NCBI GenBank assembly: GCA_963847705.1 | Contig: CAWKBC010000034.1 | Span: 227,902-291,901 of the forward strand | Direction of reading: 5' to 3' | Length of the DNA: 64,000 nt | Source: an uncultured Pseudomonadota bacterium | Lineage (GTDB): Bacteria > Myxococcota_A > Polyangia > Fen-1088 | Shown: positions 8,130 through 20,502 of the stretch, in pieces | How positions within the stretch are numbered: position 1 is the first letter of the stretch | Layout: each line of letters starts with the position of its first letter | Notes under the pieces: model-generated | Databases searched by the model: none | What the model was told of the DNA's origin: nothing | What the model saw: the letters and a program-made list of their open reading frames with translations, nothing else | Program-made: the position numbers and the translations under genes

Positions 8130-9452
8130 CTACCGGACGACGGGATTGTCGAATATCACGCGCAGCGACACCGGCAGAGGGCGGGCCGTGGCGGGATCGG
8201 GCATCGGTGGAAACGGGGCCGCACGACGTACGGCGCGCACCGCGGCGGCGTCGAATTCCTCGAACCCGGACGACTTGATGACCCGCGGGCCATCGCCGAT
8301 TCGCCCGTTCACGTCGACCACGAACGTCACGATCGTCTCGCCCTCGAGGAGGCGGACGGCCAGCGATCTGGGAAACTCCCGGATCCGGCGGACGCGCTGG
8401 CGGATCTCCTCGACGTACCGCTCGTAGCGTCGATCGATCGTGCGCTCGTCGACCCCGCGACTGAGCTCCCGCGGATTTCGCGCGCCCAGCTCCGCGGCTG
8501 CGCTGCCGACCGCCGGCCGCGACACCACCCCGGGGCTCTGGGACGGCCCGCGCCCCTCCGCGAGCGCGATCGGTTGCGGGGCCGCCGCGCGCGAAAAATC
8601 GGTGATCCCGGGGTGAAGCTCGGCCGAGGCCGTCCGCTCGGTGCGATCGTCGGCCGCCCGCCCCGGCTGCTCGGTGTCGAAGCTGCGCCGCCCTGCCTCG
8701 GCGTCCAGGGGGCCGACCGCGTGAGCGGCGTTGGGGTCCGGGTCGACGCGCGCCACCAGCGGCGGGGCCTCGGCGCGGGTGGCGGGCACCGCGGCGCTGG
8801 CCGCGCCGGCCGGCTCGCCCCCCAAAGACGGATCGGCGGCGGCGTTCGCCGGCGAGATCGGCGCGCGGCTCGGCGCCACGGTGCGGACGGAATCGCCGAT
8901 GCCGACGGTCGGCTCGCGACGGATGGCCTGGGGCGAGGCGCGGCGGCGCGAGATCCGCAGCCGCGCCGGTTGCGCCTCGGCCGCGCCGTCGGTGAGCCGC
9001 GACCGCAGCGTCGAGCGATCGAGCCGGAAGGCGTGGTCGAGCGGCGCTCCGCCGGCAAGCCCGCTGTCGGGCGCGGCGGCCTGGCGATCGCGGCCGTCAC
9101 TGTCGGCGGGCGCGCGGGTCCGCGCGATCGGATTGTCACGCTCGCCCGCCGGCGCGTCCCAGGGGCGCACGAGCGGCGGCGGCGCGTCCGCCGGGGGCAG
9201 CTCCGTCACCTCGATGTCGGTCGCCTCGACCGGAAGCGCGATTGGCGCCAGCGCCAGCGCCGTCGAGGGTGGCGCGACAGGGCCGGTGGCCGCTTCGACC
9301 AGGTCGCTCGAGCGGCCATAGACGACGAAGGCGGCCAGGATACCCAGGTGGACCAGGGCGGACGCGCCCAGGGCCAACGTCCATCCGACCGACTGCCGTC
9401 GTCCGGCCGACTGCCGTTTGGCTCGCCTGGTTGTTACAAGAGCCTCGGACAT
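8130..9452 (-). CDS. TonB family protein
   Basis: TM with SALVH motif, Pro/Ala linker, TonB-C domain (EGETIVTFVVDVNG..SSGFEEFDAAAVRAVRRAAPFPPMP). Start moved to ATG 9452 to avoid overlap with ttcA. Confidence 0.85.
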   Translation of the reverse strand: MSEALVTTRRAKRQSAGRRQSVGWTLALGASALVHLGILAAFVVYGRSSDLVEAATGPVAPPSTALALAPIALPVEATDIEVTELPPADAPPPLVRPWDAPAGERDNPIARTRAPADSDGRDRQAAAPDSGLAGGAPLDHAFRLDRSTLRSRLTDGAAEAQPARLRISRRRASPQAIRREPTVGIGDSVRTVAPSRAPISPANAAADPSLGGEPAGAASAAVPATRAEAPPLVARVDPDPNAAHAVGPLDAEAGRRSFDTEQPGRAADDRTERTASAELHPGITDFSRAAAPQPIALAEGRGPSQSPGVVSRPAVGSAAAELGARNPRELSRGVDERTIDRRYERYVEEIRQRVRRIREFPRSLAVRLLEGETIVTFVVDVNGRIGDGPRVIKSSGFEEFDAAAVRAVRRAAPFPPMPDPATARPLPVSLRVIFDNPVVR

Positions 9453-9501
9453 GAGTGGCGCTGCCCGCTGTGATGAAGGTAGCATGCGCGTCCGGTCGAA
9501 C

Positions 9502-10317
9502 ATGGATTTGGAACGCCGCCTCCTCCGCGACATGGGCCGCGCCATCGGCAATCACCACCTCATCGAGGATGGAGATCGGATCATGGTGGCCATCTCTGGA
9601 GGCAAGGACAGCTACGGCCTCCTCGTTCTGCTGCGCGCGCTGCAGGCGAGGGCCCCGGTGAGCTTCGAGCTGCTGGCGGTTCACCTGGATCAGGGGCAGC
9701 CCGGCTACGACGGCGCGCCGCTCGAACGATGGCTCCAGGCGGAGGGCGTTCCCTACAAGATCCTACGTGAGAACACCTATGCCATCGTCACCGACAAGAT
9801 CCCCGAGGGGAAGACCTACTGCTCGCTCTGCTCGCGGCTGCGGCGCGGCATTCTCTACCGGGTGGCCGGCGAGCTCGGCTGCAACAAGATCGCGCTCGGT
9901 CACCACCGGGACGACGCGCTCGAAACGCTGCTTCTGAACCTCTTCTTCGGCGGCAAGCTGGCCTCCATGCCGCCGCGCCTGGTGAGCGACGACGGACGCT
10001 TCGTCGTGATTCGCCCCCTCGCCTACGCGGCCGAGGCCGATCTGGCCGCCCTGGCCGAGCAGCGCGGCTTCCCGATCCTTCCCTGCCGGCTCTGCGGCTC
10101 GCAGGACGAGGCGCAGCGCAAGCAGATGAAGGCGCTGCTCACTGACCTCGAGCGCAAGCACCCGACGCTGCGGCAGACGATGCTCGCCGCGATCGGCAAC
10201 GTCGTTCCGTCGCACCTCTACGGCCGCGCCGAAACAACAACGCCATTCGCCGCCGCATCCGAAGCGACCTTGGCGGTTGAAACGCCCCTGATCGCCGCCT
10301 CCTCACTCCGCCGCTGA
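9502..10317 (+). CDS. ttcA: tRNA 2-thiocytidine(32) synthetase TtcA
   Basis: PP-loop SGGKDS, CSLCSRLRRG, ALGHHRDD, IRPL and PCRLCGSQ. Alternative start at 9484. Confidence 0.93.
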   Translation: MDLERRLLRDMGRAIGNHHLIEDGDRIMVAISGGKDSYGLLVLLRALQARAPVSFELLAVHLDQGQPGYDGAPLERWLQAEGVPYKILRENTYAIVTDKIPEGKTYCSLCSRLRRGILYRVAGELGCNKIALGHHRDDALETLLLNLFFGGKLASMPPRLVSDDGRFVVIRPLAYAAEADLAALAEQRGFPILPCRLCGSQDEAQRKQMKALLTDLERKHPTLRQTMLAAIGNVVPSHLYGRAETTTPFAAASEATLAVETPLIAASSLRR

Positions 10318-10421
10318 TCGGAGGCGGGCTTTGCCCGCCGGAGACACCACCCGTCGAGCAACTCCGGGCTCGCACCACTCTCGGGGTGGGTCCGCGGGAG
10401 GGCCCACCCTCCCGCGTTCCG

Positions 10422-12926
10422 TTAGGCCATGCCGGGGCGGGGCGTGACCTTGCGCCGCTCGCGCCCGCGCTCGCCCTTCGCCGTCCCGCTCGTCGGGACG
10501 CCGGCGCCGGTGGCCTTCTTGGTCGCCGGGGGGGTGAGCGGCCGCGCCAGCGCAATCTCCAGCACCTCGTGCATGGTGCGCACCGGCCGCACCGACAGCT
10601 TGTCGGTGATGTAGCCGGGGATCTCGGTCAGGTCCGAGGCGTTGGCGGCCGGGATGATCACCGTGGTGATCCCGGCGCGCGCCGCGGCCAGCAGCTTCTC
10701 CTTCAGGCCGCCGATCGGCAGCACCTTGCCGCGCAGGGTGAGCTCGCCGGTCATCGCCACCTCGTGCCGGACCGGGATCCCGGAGATCAGCGAGACCAGC
10801 GCGCAGGCCATCGTCACGCCGGCCGACGGTCCGTCCTTCGGCACGCCGCCCGCCGGGACGTGGATGTGGATCTCGCGCCCCGCGTAGAACTCGCTGGCCA
10901 GGCCCAGCGCCAGCGCGTGGGCGCGCGCGAACGACAGCGCCGCCTGCGCCGACTCTTTCATCACGTCGCCCAGCTGGCCGGTCAGGATCAGCGACCCCTT
11001 GCCGGCCATCGTCTGCGCCTCGATCAGCAGCACCTCGCCGCCGTAGGGCGTCCAGGCCAGGCCATTGACGGTGCCGATCTCGGCGACGCGGTGGCGCTCT
11101 TCCGGCAGGTAGCGCGGCGGACCCAAAAAGGTCGGGACTTCCTCGATGCCGATCGTGGGCGCGCGCGGATTGAGCACACTGGTCGCCCCGTTGCCGTTCG
11201 CCCGCGCCGCCTCCTCCACGACCCGCCGCGCGATCTTGCGCGCCAGGTGGGCGATGAGGCGCTCCAGCTCCCGCAGCCCCGACTCGCGGGTGTACTCGCT
11301 GACGATCCGGCGGGTGACCTCGCGGCTGATGACGATCTCGTTGGCGGTCAGCCCGGCCTCGGTGATCTGCTTGGGGATGATGTAGCGCTCTGCAATGGCC
11401 AGCTTCTCTTCTTCGGCATAGCCGGAGAGCCGGATCGTCTCCATCCGGTCGCGCAGCGGCGGCGGGATCGTCTCCGGCTGGTTCGCCGTGGCGATGAAGA
11501 CCACCTTCGACAGATCGAACGACACGCCGAGGTAGTGATCGCGGAAGGTGTGGTTCTGCTCCGGGTCGAGCACCTCGAGCAGCGCCGCCGAGGGATCGCC
11601 CCGGTTGTCGGCGCCGACCTTGTCGACCTCGTCGAGCAGCAGGACCGGGTTGTTCGTCCCGGCCTGCTTGAGCGCCTGGATGAGACGTCCCGGCATCGCG
11701 CCCACGTAGGTGCGCCGGTGGCCGCGGATCTCCGCCTCGTCGCGCACGCCGCCCAGCGAGATGCGCACGAACTTCCGTCCGAGCGCCCGGGCGATCGAGC
11801 GCCCCAGCGAGGTCTTGCCGACCCCGGGCGGCCCGAGGAAACAGAGGATCGGCCCGTGCGCGCCGCCGCGCAGCTTGCGCACCGCCAGGTAGTCGAGGAT
11901 GCGATCCTTCACCTGCTCGAGGTCGTAGTGGTCCTCGTCGAGGATCTTGCGCGCCGTCTCGAGGTCGATGGTCTCCTCGCTGGAGACGCTCCAGGGCAGC
12001 TCGGTGAGCCACTCGATGTAGGTGCGCAGGACGCCCGCCTCGGCGCTCTCGGCGTGCATCTGATCGAGGCGCCGCACCTGCTTCTCGGCCTCGACGCGCG
12101 CCTCCTCGGGGAGCGCCGCCCGCGTCACCTTGGCGCGCAGCTCCTCCATCTCCTCGCCGTGCACGTCGCTGTCGCCGAGCTCGTGCTTGATCTGCCGCAG
12201 CTGCTCGCGCAGATAGTAGTCGCGCTGGGTCTTGGACATCTCCTCGCGCGCCCGGTTCTGGATCTGCGACTGCACCTCCAGGATGCCGATCTCTTTTTCC
12301 AGCGTCTGGTTGACGCGCGTGAGGCGCTGCACCGATTCGTCCAGCTCCAGCAGCTCCTGCGCCTCGGGGACCTTCAGCGTCAGGTGCGAAGCGACGAGGT
12401 CGGCCATCCGCCCCGGATCGTCGACGCTCTGCACGACCATCGACAGCTCGGGCTGGATGGTCTTGCCGAGGCCGGAGAGCTTGTCGATGTTGCCGCGCAC
12501 CGAGCGCAAGAGCGCCTCGATCCCCAGCGAGCGCGCCGGCGGCTTGTCGTCGTGGCGATCGAGCCGCACGCGATAGCAGGGGCTCTCGCCCACGAACTTC
12601 TGGATGCGCGCCCGGCAGAGTCCCTGCACCAGCACCTTCAGCCCCCCCTCGGAGAGCTTGCGCATCCGCATGATCATGCCGATGGTGCCGGCGCGATAGA
12701 ACCCTTGCGCCGTGGGCTCGTCTTCCAGCGGGTCGCGCTGGGCGACCAGGAAGCAGAGACGCTCGTCGGCCTCCAGCGCCTTGGCCACCGCCTCCATCGA
12801 CACCGGCCGCGTCACCCGCAGCGGGACGATCATGTACGGGAACACGACCAGATCCCGGATGGGCAACAGCGGGAGCACATCGGGGATCACCGGGTCGGCC
12901 TGGCGACTACCCTCATGCGTCGTCAC
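10422..12926 (-). CDS. lon: ATP-dependent protease La (LonA type)
   Basis: Lon N-domain ([13 protein letters not shown]), Walker [19 protein letters not shown], catalytic PKDGPSAG and IGGLKEK. Confidence 0.97.
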   Translation of the reverse strand: MTTHEGSRQADPVIPDVLPLLPIRDLVVFPYMIVPLRVTRPVSMEAVAKALEADERLCFLVAQRDPLEDEPTAQGFYRAGTIGMIMRMRKLSEGGLKVLVQGLCRARIQKFVGESPCYRVRLDRHDDKPPARSLGIEALLRSVRGNIDKLSGLGKTIQPELSMVVQSVDDPGRMADLVASHLTLKVPEAQELLELDESVQRLTRVNQTLEKEIGILEVQSQIQNRAREEMSKTQRDYYLREQLRQIKHELGDSDVHGEEMEELRAKVTRAALPEEARVEAEKQVRRLDQMHAESAEAGVLRTYIEWLTELPWSVSSEETIDLETARKILDEDHYDLEQVKDRILDYLAVRKLRGGAHGPILCFLGPPGVGKTSLGRSIARALGRKFVRISLGGVRDEAEIRGHRRTYVGAMPGRLIQALKQAGTNNPVLLLDEVDKVGADNRGDPSAALLEVLDPEQNHTFRDHYLGVSFDLSKVVFIATANQPETIPPPLRDRMETIRLSGYAEEEKLAIAERYIIPKQITEAGLTANEIVISREVTRRIVSEYTRESGLRELERLIAHLARKIARRVVEEAARANGNGATSVLNPRAPTIGIEEVPTFLGPPRYLPEERHRVAEIGTVNGLAWTPYGGEVLLIEAQTMAGKGSLILTGQLGDVMKESAQAALSFARAHALALGLASEFYAGREIHIHVPAGGVPKDGPSAGVTMACALVSLISGIPVRHEVAMTGELTLRGKVLPIGGLKEKLLAAARAGITTVIIPAANASDLTEIPGYITDKLSVRPVRTMHEVLEIALARPLTPPATKKATGAGVPTSGTAKGERGRERRKVTPRPGMA

Positions 12927-12968
12927 GCGACGACCATATCACGAACCTCTGTCGACGATAATTTTGCT

Positions 12969-15020
12969 CTATCGTCCTGGCGCCGGCACGACCTTCGGTG
13001 CCGGAGAGACGAGCCCGATCGACGACGCCGAGAGAGCCCAGAGGCGGCCGAACCCGTCGCGGGTGAGATCGCGCATGTCGTCGGGGATCACCAGCGGCGC
13101 GCCGTCGAGATTTCCGGAGGTGCGGCCCGAGGCGCCGACGATCCGCAGCCCCTTGGCGGTCGCCGCCCACAACCAGCCCGCGTCGTCGGCGGCCAGGCCG
13201 TGCACCGCCACCTTGGCCCCTTCTGCCGGGTGCCAGCTCTTGCCGTCGAAACGCGCGAGCCCTTCGGACGTCGCCGCCCAGATCGCGCCGTCGCCACCAC
13301 GGGCCACGCTCCAGCACAGCTCGCTGGCCAGCCCTTCGGCCTCGCCCCAGATGACGAGCTGCCCCTGTTGAAAGCGCGCGACGCCCGACAGCGAGGCGAA
13401 CCAGGTGGCGCCGCCGTCGAACAGCACGCCGTTCAGATCGGCGGGCAGCGGCAACGACTCGAGCGGGATCGTCTCGCCCGCCTTGCGCGGGCGATGCTGC
13501 ACGGTGAGCCCCGTCTGCAGATCGATCTCCACCGCGCCGTAGCCGAGGTCCTCGCCGCTGCCGCCCGCCACCCGCAACCCGAGCCAGAGCGCGCCCGACG
13601 GTGAGATCGCGGCGAACGAAGCCTTGGGCGTCGTCCGCGCCGGCAGCTGCAGCGGCGCGCGCACCGCCACCGTCCAGTCGTTGCTCCCCGCCGCGCGCCT
13701 GGTGATCGTCAGCCCTTTGAACGGCGTCTCGGCCGAGACTGCGAACACGTTCCCTTGATGGTCGGCGGCCACCGCCAGCACCGTCGCCCCCTTCGCCTCG
13801 CCGACGCTGGCCTTCTGGTAGTGGTCGCCGTCGGTCTGCCAGGCGTTCGGCCCGTCGGTGACGACCAGGCAATGGTCGTGCGCGCGGCAGGCGACGGTGA
13901 ACCGCTCGGCGTCGCCCACCAGCTCGGACCCTTCCAGATGATGCGGGCGCCCCGCCTCAGCGCGCGCCACCCCGAGCGCGACGCTGCCGACGTAGAGGTC
14001 GGCCCCGACCGCCGCGGCCGCGGTGACCGCGCGGGGAAGCGCCAGCTCGGTGGGCGCTCCGGCCCAGTGCGCGATCTCGGTCCCCGCTTCGGAGAACCGC
14101 AGGCCCCCCGGGGGGACCGGCTCGCTCGCCTCGAGGGCGCGCAGCGCATAGGCCTGTTCGTGCCCGACCGGTCCGGCGATCAGCACCGCCTCGTTCGCCT
14201 TTTGAACCAGCGCCACGGCGTGGATCCCGATCGGCGCCTGCAGCTCGACGGTGCCGGCCAGCGTGAGCGCGTAGATCCGCGCGTCGCCGTTGACGTTGCC
14301 CGCCACCACCCGGGTCCCCGCCGCCGTCCTCGCCATCCCCAGGATCTGCTCGCACCCGACCGCCGCGCCGCCCGGCGCCGGCGTCGCGCCCTGGTCGTCG
14401 GCGCGGTAGAGGCCGCGCGCGCGCGTGCCGACCCAGGCCGTGACGCCATCGTCGTCGAGCCCCAGCCAGGTGACCGCCGTGTCCTGCAGGCCCTCGACGA
14501 TCGCCCAGCGGCGCCCATCATAATGAAACAGCCCGCCGGGGCCGCCGGCCCAGACGCCCTTGGTCTTCACCGGCCGCCGCGGCGCCAGCGTGACGACGTC
14601 GCCCGGCGAGCCTGCGGTGAGGTAGCGCGGCTCGCCCGAGCCCTGGCCTGCCTGGTCGGCGACCCAGCGCCCCGTCTCGCCGGCGCTGGCCACCCAGGCG
14701 CTCCCCTCATCGTCGACCGCGAGCGCCGTGAGCGCGCGGGTCTCCCTGGCGTCGTCACCGCCGACCACCTCGTACTCGCCGCTGCCGACATCCCAGCGGC
14801 GCAATCCGGGTGCGCCGGCCGCCCACAGGTACGGCGCCTTCGCCGCCAGCGCCGTGATGGGGCCGGTCTCGGCGCGCTCGACGACCAGGAAGTCCCCCGC
14901 CGTCGGGAGCGCCGGCCCGACACCGACGCCGGCGTGGCACGCCGGCAGCACCAGCATGGTGGCCGCCAGCATCGCCAGCGCCACGCGCTCGCCGCACCAC
15001 CCGAGACCGCCAGGCCGCAT
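12969..15020 (-). CDS. Lipoprotein with beta-propeller repeats (two-component-regulator-propeller-like)
   Basis: Lipobox LVLPAC; repeated 'D.dG.(L/A)W(V/A).t..Gl.r.dG..W' blades. Confidence 0.75.
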   Translation of the reverse strand: MRPGGLGWCGERVALAMLAATMLVLPACHAGVGVGPALPTAGDFLVVERAETGPITALAAKAPYLWAAGAPGLRRWDVGSGEYEVVGGDDARETRALTALAVDDEGSAWVASAGETGRWVADQAGQGSGEPRYLTAGSPGDVVTLAPRRPVKTKGVWAGGPGGLFHYDGRRWAIVEGLQDTAVTWLGLDDDGVTAWVGTRARGLYRADDQGATPAPGGAAVGCEQILGMARTAAGTRVVAGNVNGDARIYALTLAGTVELQAPIGIHAVALVQKANEAVLIAGPVGHEQAYALRALEASEPVPPGGLRFSEAGTEIAHWAGAPTELALPRAVTAAAAVGADLYVGSVALGVARAEAGRPHHLEGSELVGDAERFTVACRAHDHCLVVTDGPNAWQTDGDHYQKASVGEAKGATVLAVAADHQGNVFAVSAETPFKGLTITRRAAGSNDWTVAVRAPLQLPARTTPKASFAAISPSGALWLGLRVAGGSGEDLGYGAVEIDLQTGLTVQHRPRKAGETIPLESLPLPADLNGVLFDGGATWFASLSGVARFQQGQLVIWGEAEGLASELCWSVARGGDGAIWAATSEGLARFDGKSWHPAEGAKVAVHGLAADDAGWLWAATAKGLRIVGASGRTSGNLDGAPLVIPDDMRDLTRDGFGRLWALSASSIGLVSPAPKVVPAPGR

Positions 15021-15098
15021 GTCCGTCGGTACTATGCCACCCACGACCCGTCAAGATCGCGCCCCGACAGATCGCGCCCCGCGCGTTAACATCCGTCC

Positions 15099-15974
15099 GT
15101 GCTGCTGGTGTCGGCCCGCCTGGTCCTCCTCGCGCTCCTGGCTGTCGTCTGCATAGCCCCCCCCTTGGCAGGCGCCGAGGTGGTCCTGGCGCCGCCTGGC
15201 CGGACCATCACCGTCATCGTGACCGACGACGTGGGCGCCCCGCTCGAGCGCGCCTTCCCGAGCGCGAGCTACGCGCGTGCCGCCGCCGCGGACGCCGAGC
15301 TGCGCTGGGACGACGCCCGGCTGCTCTACCGCCAGGCCGCCGAAGATTGGACCGCCTCTGCCCTCACCCGCCCCTCGCGCACGCTGGAGAGCGCGATCGC
15401 CAAGGCCCAGCACGAGGCGGGCCTCTCGCAAGCGCTGGCCGGGTACCAACGCCTCGGCGCCCCGTCGCTGGAACACCTTCCCGCGGAGGCGCGGCGCGCC
15501 TTCCAGCAGCGGCGGGCGCTGGAGGTCGGACGCATGCTCCGCGCGAAGCTGATGGCCACGCGCGCGGTGCTGGGCCGCGCGCCGCCGGAGCTCTACGCCC
15601 GGACGCGCGCCCGTCTCGAGGAGGCGCGCGACGCCGCCGCCCCGACCCCCGCCGCCCAGTTCCTGAACGGCGGCAGCGACGCCGAGACCGAGCTGTTGCT
15701 CTGCGCGACCTACGCCATTGGCGGAGACGCCGCCGCCGCCCGCCTCGCCCGGGCGCAGGTGCCCAGCGCCGCGCGCGCCAATCCCGCCAACGCCGTCGCC
15801 CGCGCCGCCTGCGCCGCCGCGCTGGGCGAGACCGACGCCGCCCTCGCCGCGCTGGAGAGCTTCGTGCTTCGCCCGCTGTTTCCCCGCAGCGACATCGTCC
15901 TGCGCGACGTCTATCTGGCGAACGACTGGGACCACCTGCGCGGCGACCCCCGCTTCGAGAGCCTCTTTCGGTAG
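15099..15974 (+). CDS. Secreted helical/TPR-like hypothetical protein
   Basis: Signal peptide, Ala-rich helices, and C-terminal DWDHLRGDPRF resembling a TPR end-cap. Confidence 0.65.
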   Translation: MLLVSARLVLLALLAVVCIAPPLAGAEVVLAPPGRTITVIVTDDVGAPLERAFPSASYARAAAADAELRWDDARLLYRQAAEDWTASALTRPSRTLESAIAKAQHEAGLSQALAGYQRLGAPSLEHLPAEARRAFQQRRALEVGRMLRAKLMATRAVLGRAPPELYARTRARLEEARDAAAPTPAAQFLNGGSDAETELLLCATYAIGGDAAAARLARAQVPSAARANPANAVARAACAAALGETDAALAALESFVLRPLFPRSDIVLRDVYLANDWDHLRGDPRFESLFR

Positions 15975-15989
15975 AGCTTTCGGCGGCGG

Positions 15990-16018
15990 TTGACCTCGTC
16001 GCCAGGGACTGCTAATTA
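15990..16018 (+). promoter_or_regulatory. Possible sigma70-type promoter of tRNA-Ala
   Basis: TTGACC-N17-TAATTA ending 27 nt upstream of the tRNA; the -10 element is imperfect. Confidence 0.4.
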
Positions 16019-16045
16019 CAGCCCCCTGTCGGGCAACCGGCATCG

Positions 16046-16118
16046 GGGGCTGTAGCTCAGCTGGGAGAGCGCCTCAATGGCATTGAGGAGGCCGACGGTT
16101 CGATCCCGTTCAGCTCCA
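16046..16118 (+). tRNA. tRNA-Ala(GGC)
   Basis: Acceptor stem GGGGCTG/CAGCTCC with the G3:U70 alanine determinant; D-arm TAGCTCAGCTGGGAGAGC; anticodon arm CCTCA-ATGGCAT-TGAGG; T-loop GGTTCGATCCC; discriminator A. CCA is not encoded (followed by CGA). Confidence 0.97.
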
Positions 16119-16250
16119 CGAAAACCAACTTCGCGCCGCGCTTCTGGTTTCAAGCGCCGCGAGCCGAGCCGGCAGCGACGGGAAATCGGCGCGCTGGTTT
16201 TCACCTGGTTCACTGGGACCCGGGGCGCATGATACTTTCGAGCGCATCGG

Positions 16251-16706
16251 ATGACGTGCCGGCGCAGGCAGCTGGTCGGCCTGGTCGTGCTGCTCGCGTT
16301 GGGCGTCGGGACATCCGGCTGTTCGCTGCTGTTCGTGGATGCGGCACCTCCGCGCCCGCGGCGCCCGGATTTCGACTGTACGTCGACCTACAGCGTGCCG
16401 GCCCTCGACACCGGCCTCGCGCTGCTCGGGCTCGGCTTCGTGGCGCTGAGAGGGAGCCTCACCGCCGGCGATCAGAGCCAAAATGGCGGAATCCTGCTGC
16501 TGGCGGTCAGCTCGACATTCCTCTTCTCGGCGTTTGACGGCTACCGACAGGTCCACGACTGCCGCCAGGCCCTCGAGGAAGCCGCGCCGCCACCCGAGAC
16601 GCCGCGCCACTATCGGCCGCCGCCATTTCGCCCGGCGCCCGCCGGCGTCGCGACGCCGTCGGCCCCGCCCGTTCCCCAAGAGCCCGATTCGTCCAAAGCT
16701 CCGTGA
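16251..16706 (+). CDS. Small hypothetical lipoprotein
   Basis: Lipobox GTSGC, then C-T-S-T..PALDT, two hydrophobic segments and a Pro-rich tail. Confidence 0.7.
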   Translation: MTCRRRQLVGLVVLLALGVGTSGCSLLFVDAAPPRPRRPDFDCTSTYSVPALDTGLALLGLGFVALRGSLTAGDQSQNGGILLLAVSSTFLFSAFDGYRQVHDCRQALEEAAPPPETPRHYRPPPFRPAPAGVATPSAPPVPQEPDSSKAP

Positions 16707-17141
16707 GCTGAAGACGCTCGTGTGATCCCATGTTCGGACGGCTTCGCGGCTGGAACCAAACGCCCATCGCCGCGACGTTGACAGACGGGGTTGGATGTTC
16801 GGCGAGCTCGGACAACCGTTTCGCCATCCACGTCTGACGTGCGCCTGCCTCCACGCGCTGGCGAATGCTGCTGACTTCGCTCAGCGCTTCTTCGAGGCGG
16901 TCAGCTGCGTGGTGTTCATCGGGTGGCTTGCGCGGCACGGTTCTGGCGCTTGGTGAGCGCTCGGTGCACGACGGCGAACGCCCTCACGACGGCGACGCTC
17001 TATCGGAAGGAGCTGCGCTCTCACTTCGTTGCGAAAGCAACAGATGTCTCACCAGATCGAAATGCATTCGAAACGCCCTATCCGGCATGATGAGAGGGTC
17101 AGTCATGCAGTCCGACGCTGGTCAAACACAAGGAGACGATC

Positions 17142-17468
17142 GTGGAGCCCGGGGGCAGTTGGGGATGGAACGAAGGTTGGTCTGGAAGAGCCAAGGAGCT
17201 GATCGAGGTCGGTAAGATCGAGCTCGGTAAGAGGTCAGCTGGCTCCGAGTGGAACGCGGAGCGCCGAGAGCGCGTCTTTCAGCAGGTGCTGGCCAGAGTC
17301 GAGCGAGGGCGAGAACGCCGACGTTTGTTGAAGGCCTACGCGGCCGGAGCGTCGACGGTCCTGATCGTCGGACTGCTCCTCAGGGTGATCGGCGTCGGGG
17401 GACCCGCGCCGGCGCGCCCGCCGGAGCTGGCGGCGCAGGCGCCGATCCAGCGTCTCGCCGCCGAGTAG
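17142..17468 (+). CDS. Small single-TM hypothetical protein
   Basis: AGGAGA RBS before GTG; charged helix WNAERRERVFQQVLARV followed by a TM helix. Confidence 0.55.
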   Translation: MEPGGSWGWNEGWSGRAKELIEVGKIELGKRSAGSEWNAERRERVFQQVLARVERGRERRRLLKAYAAGASTVLIVGLLLRVIGVGGPAPARPPELAAQAPIQRLAAE

Positions 17469-17493
17469 ACCCCGCCGCCGGTCCGCCGGGGCC

Positions 17494-18054
17494 TCAATGG
17501 TCCAACATCGGTCGTCCCTCGTGGGCGACCAGGAGATCGTGCATGTCGTTGGCGTGCTCTTCTTCCTGCGCGAGCACCTTCTCGAGCAGGCTCCGGGTGG
17601 TCGGATCCTTGTCGGCGAAGTAGCGGATCATGTCGCGGTAGGTCTCGATCGCGATCCGCTCGGCGACCAGGTTCTCCCGGATCATGTCGACGAGGGTCGA
17701 ACCTTCCACGAACTGGGTCGCCGAGCGCCCCGAGACGCCGGCGGGATCCATGTCCGGCTTGCCGCCGAGCTGATTGATGCGCTCGGCGATCCAGAGCAGA
17801 TGCTGCTCCTCCTCCGCCGCGTGCTCCGCGAACTCCTCCTTCACGGAGTCGCTGGCCAGTCCGGTGGCGGCGACGGCGTGAAAACGATAGCGCAGCACGC
17901 AGACGATCTCGGTGGCCACCGCCTCGTTCAAGAGCGCGATGGCGGTTTCGACGTCGCCTCCGTAGTTTGGCGTGAGGGCGCCCCGTTCGAGGTGCTCGCG
18001 CGCGCGCTTGCGGATGGTCGCGATGTCCGAGGTGAAGGATCCGGTGGTCGCCAT
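17494..18054 (-). CDS. Bacterioferritin-like / ferritin-like diiron protein
   Basis: LNEAVATE..Y..H, EEEQH, ENLVAERIAI..Y and QEEEH ferroxidase-type ligand pattern. Confidence 0.88.
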   Translation of the reverse strand: MATTGSFTSDIATIRKRAREHLERGALTPNYGGDVETAIALLNEAVATEIVCVLRYRFHAVAATGLASDSVKEEFAEHAAEEEQHLLWIAERINQLGGKPDMDPAGVSGRSATQFVEGSTLVDMIRENLVAERIAIETYRDMIRYFADKDPTTRSLLEKVLAQEEEHANDMHDLLVAHEGRPMLDH

Positions 18055-18209
18055 GGCAGCAATGTTGGGCCGCGCGCGCCACCGTCAACCTCTGCGGCGC
18101 GAGGGACCAGGCTCGAACGGAGCTCGAACGGAGCTCAAGGAAGTGGGGCCTTGGCGCCGTCGCGCCCGACGGCCTTGCCCGGGTCGGAGCGGCGCGCGAG
18201 ACTCGCGCG

Positions 18210-20225
<2,016 letters not shown>

Positions 20226-20502
20226 CGCATCGGCGTCAGCTCCCTCCGTCGGAGGGGGCCAATTGACGAACCTCGATGTTCTCCAGCATCAGCGCTGTCC
20301 AGCATCAGCGCGCCCGAAGCACAATCACCGTCGCCGAGGTCGAGCTGGGTCTGGAAATCGACACCGTCGATCACCTCGAGACAGTCGCTCAACGCGACGG
20401 GCGGCTGTCCCAGATAGGGTGATTGTGAGAAGGAGGCGAAGGGGATGCAGCCGACGCAGGTCGCCGTCGACAGGATCGTGGCGGTGGGGACGGGACGAGG
20501 TT

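Noticed and set aside
10303-13604. 1072-aa (+) and 569-aa (-) ORFs over lon
   Set aside because: Antisense and alternate-frame artefacts of high GC. The same applies to 32520..34943(-), 42755..45724(+), 47741..50380(-) and 54172..55929(-).
16507-16938. Minus-strand 143-aa ORF after the tRNA
   Set aside because: Overlaps the lipoprotein gene by 200 nt, with atypical codons and no motif; it may be a remnant but cannot be supported.
16933-16948. GG-N10-GC motif CGGCACGGTTCTGGC, and similarly CGGCGCAAAATCAGC near 28220
   Set aside because: The -12 element lacks TTGC; such matches are expected by chance at this GC content.
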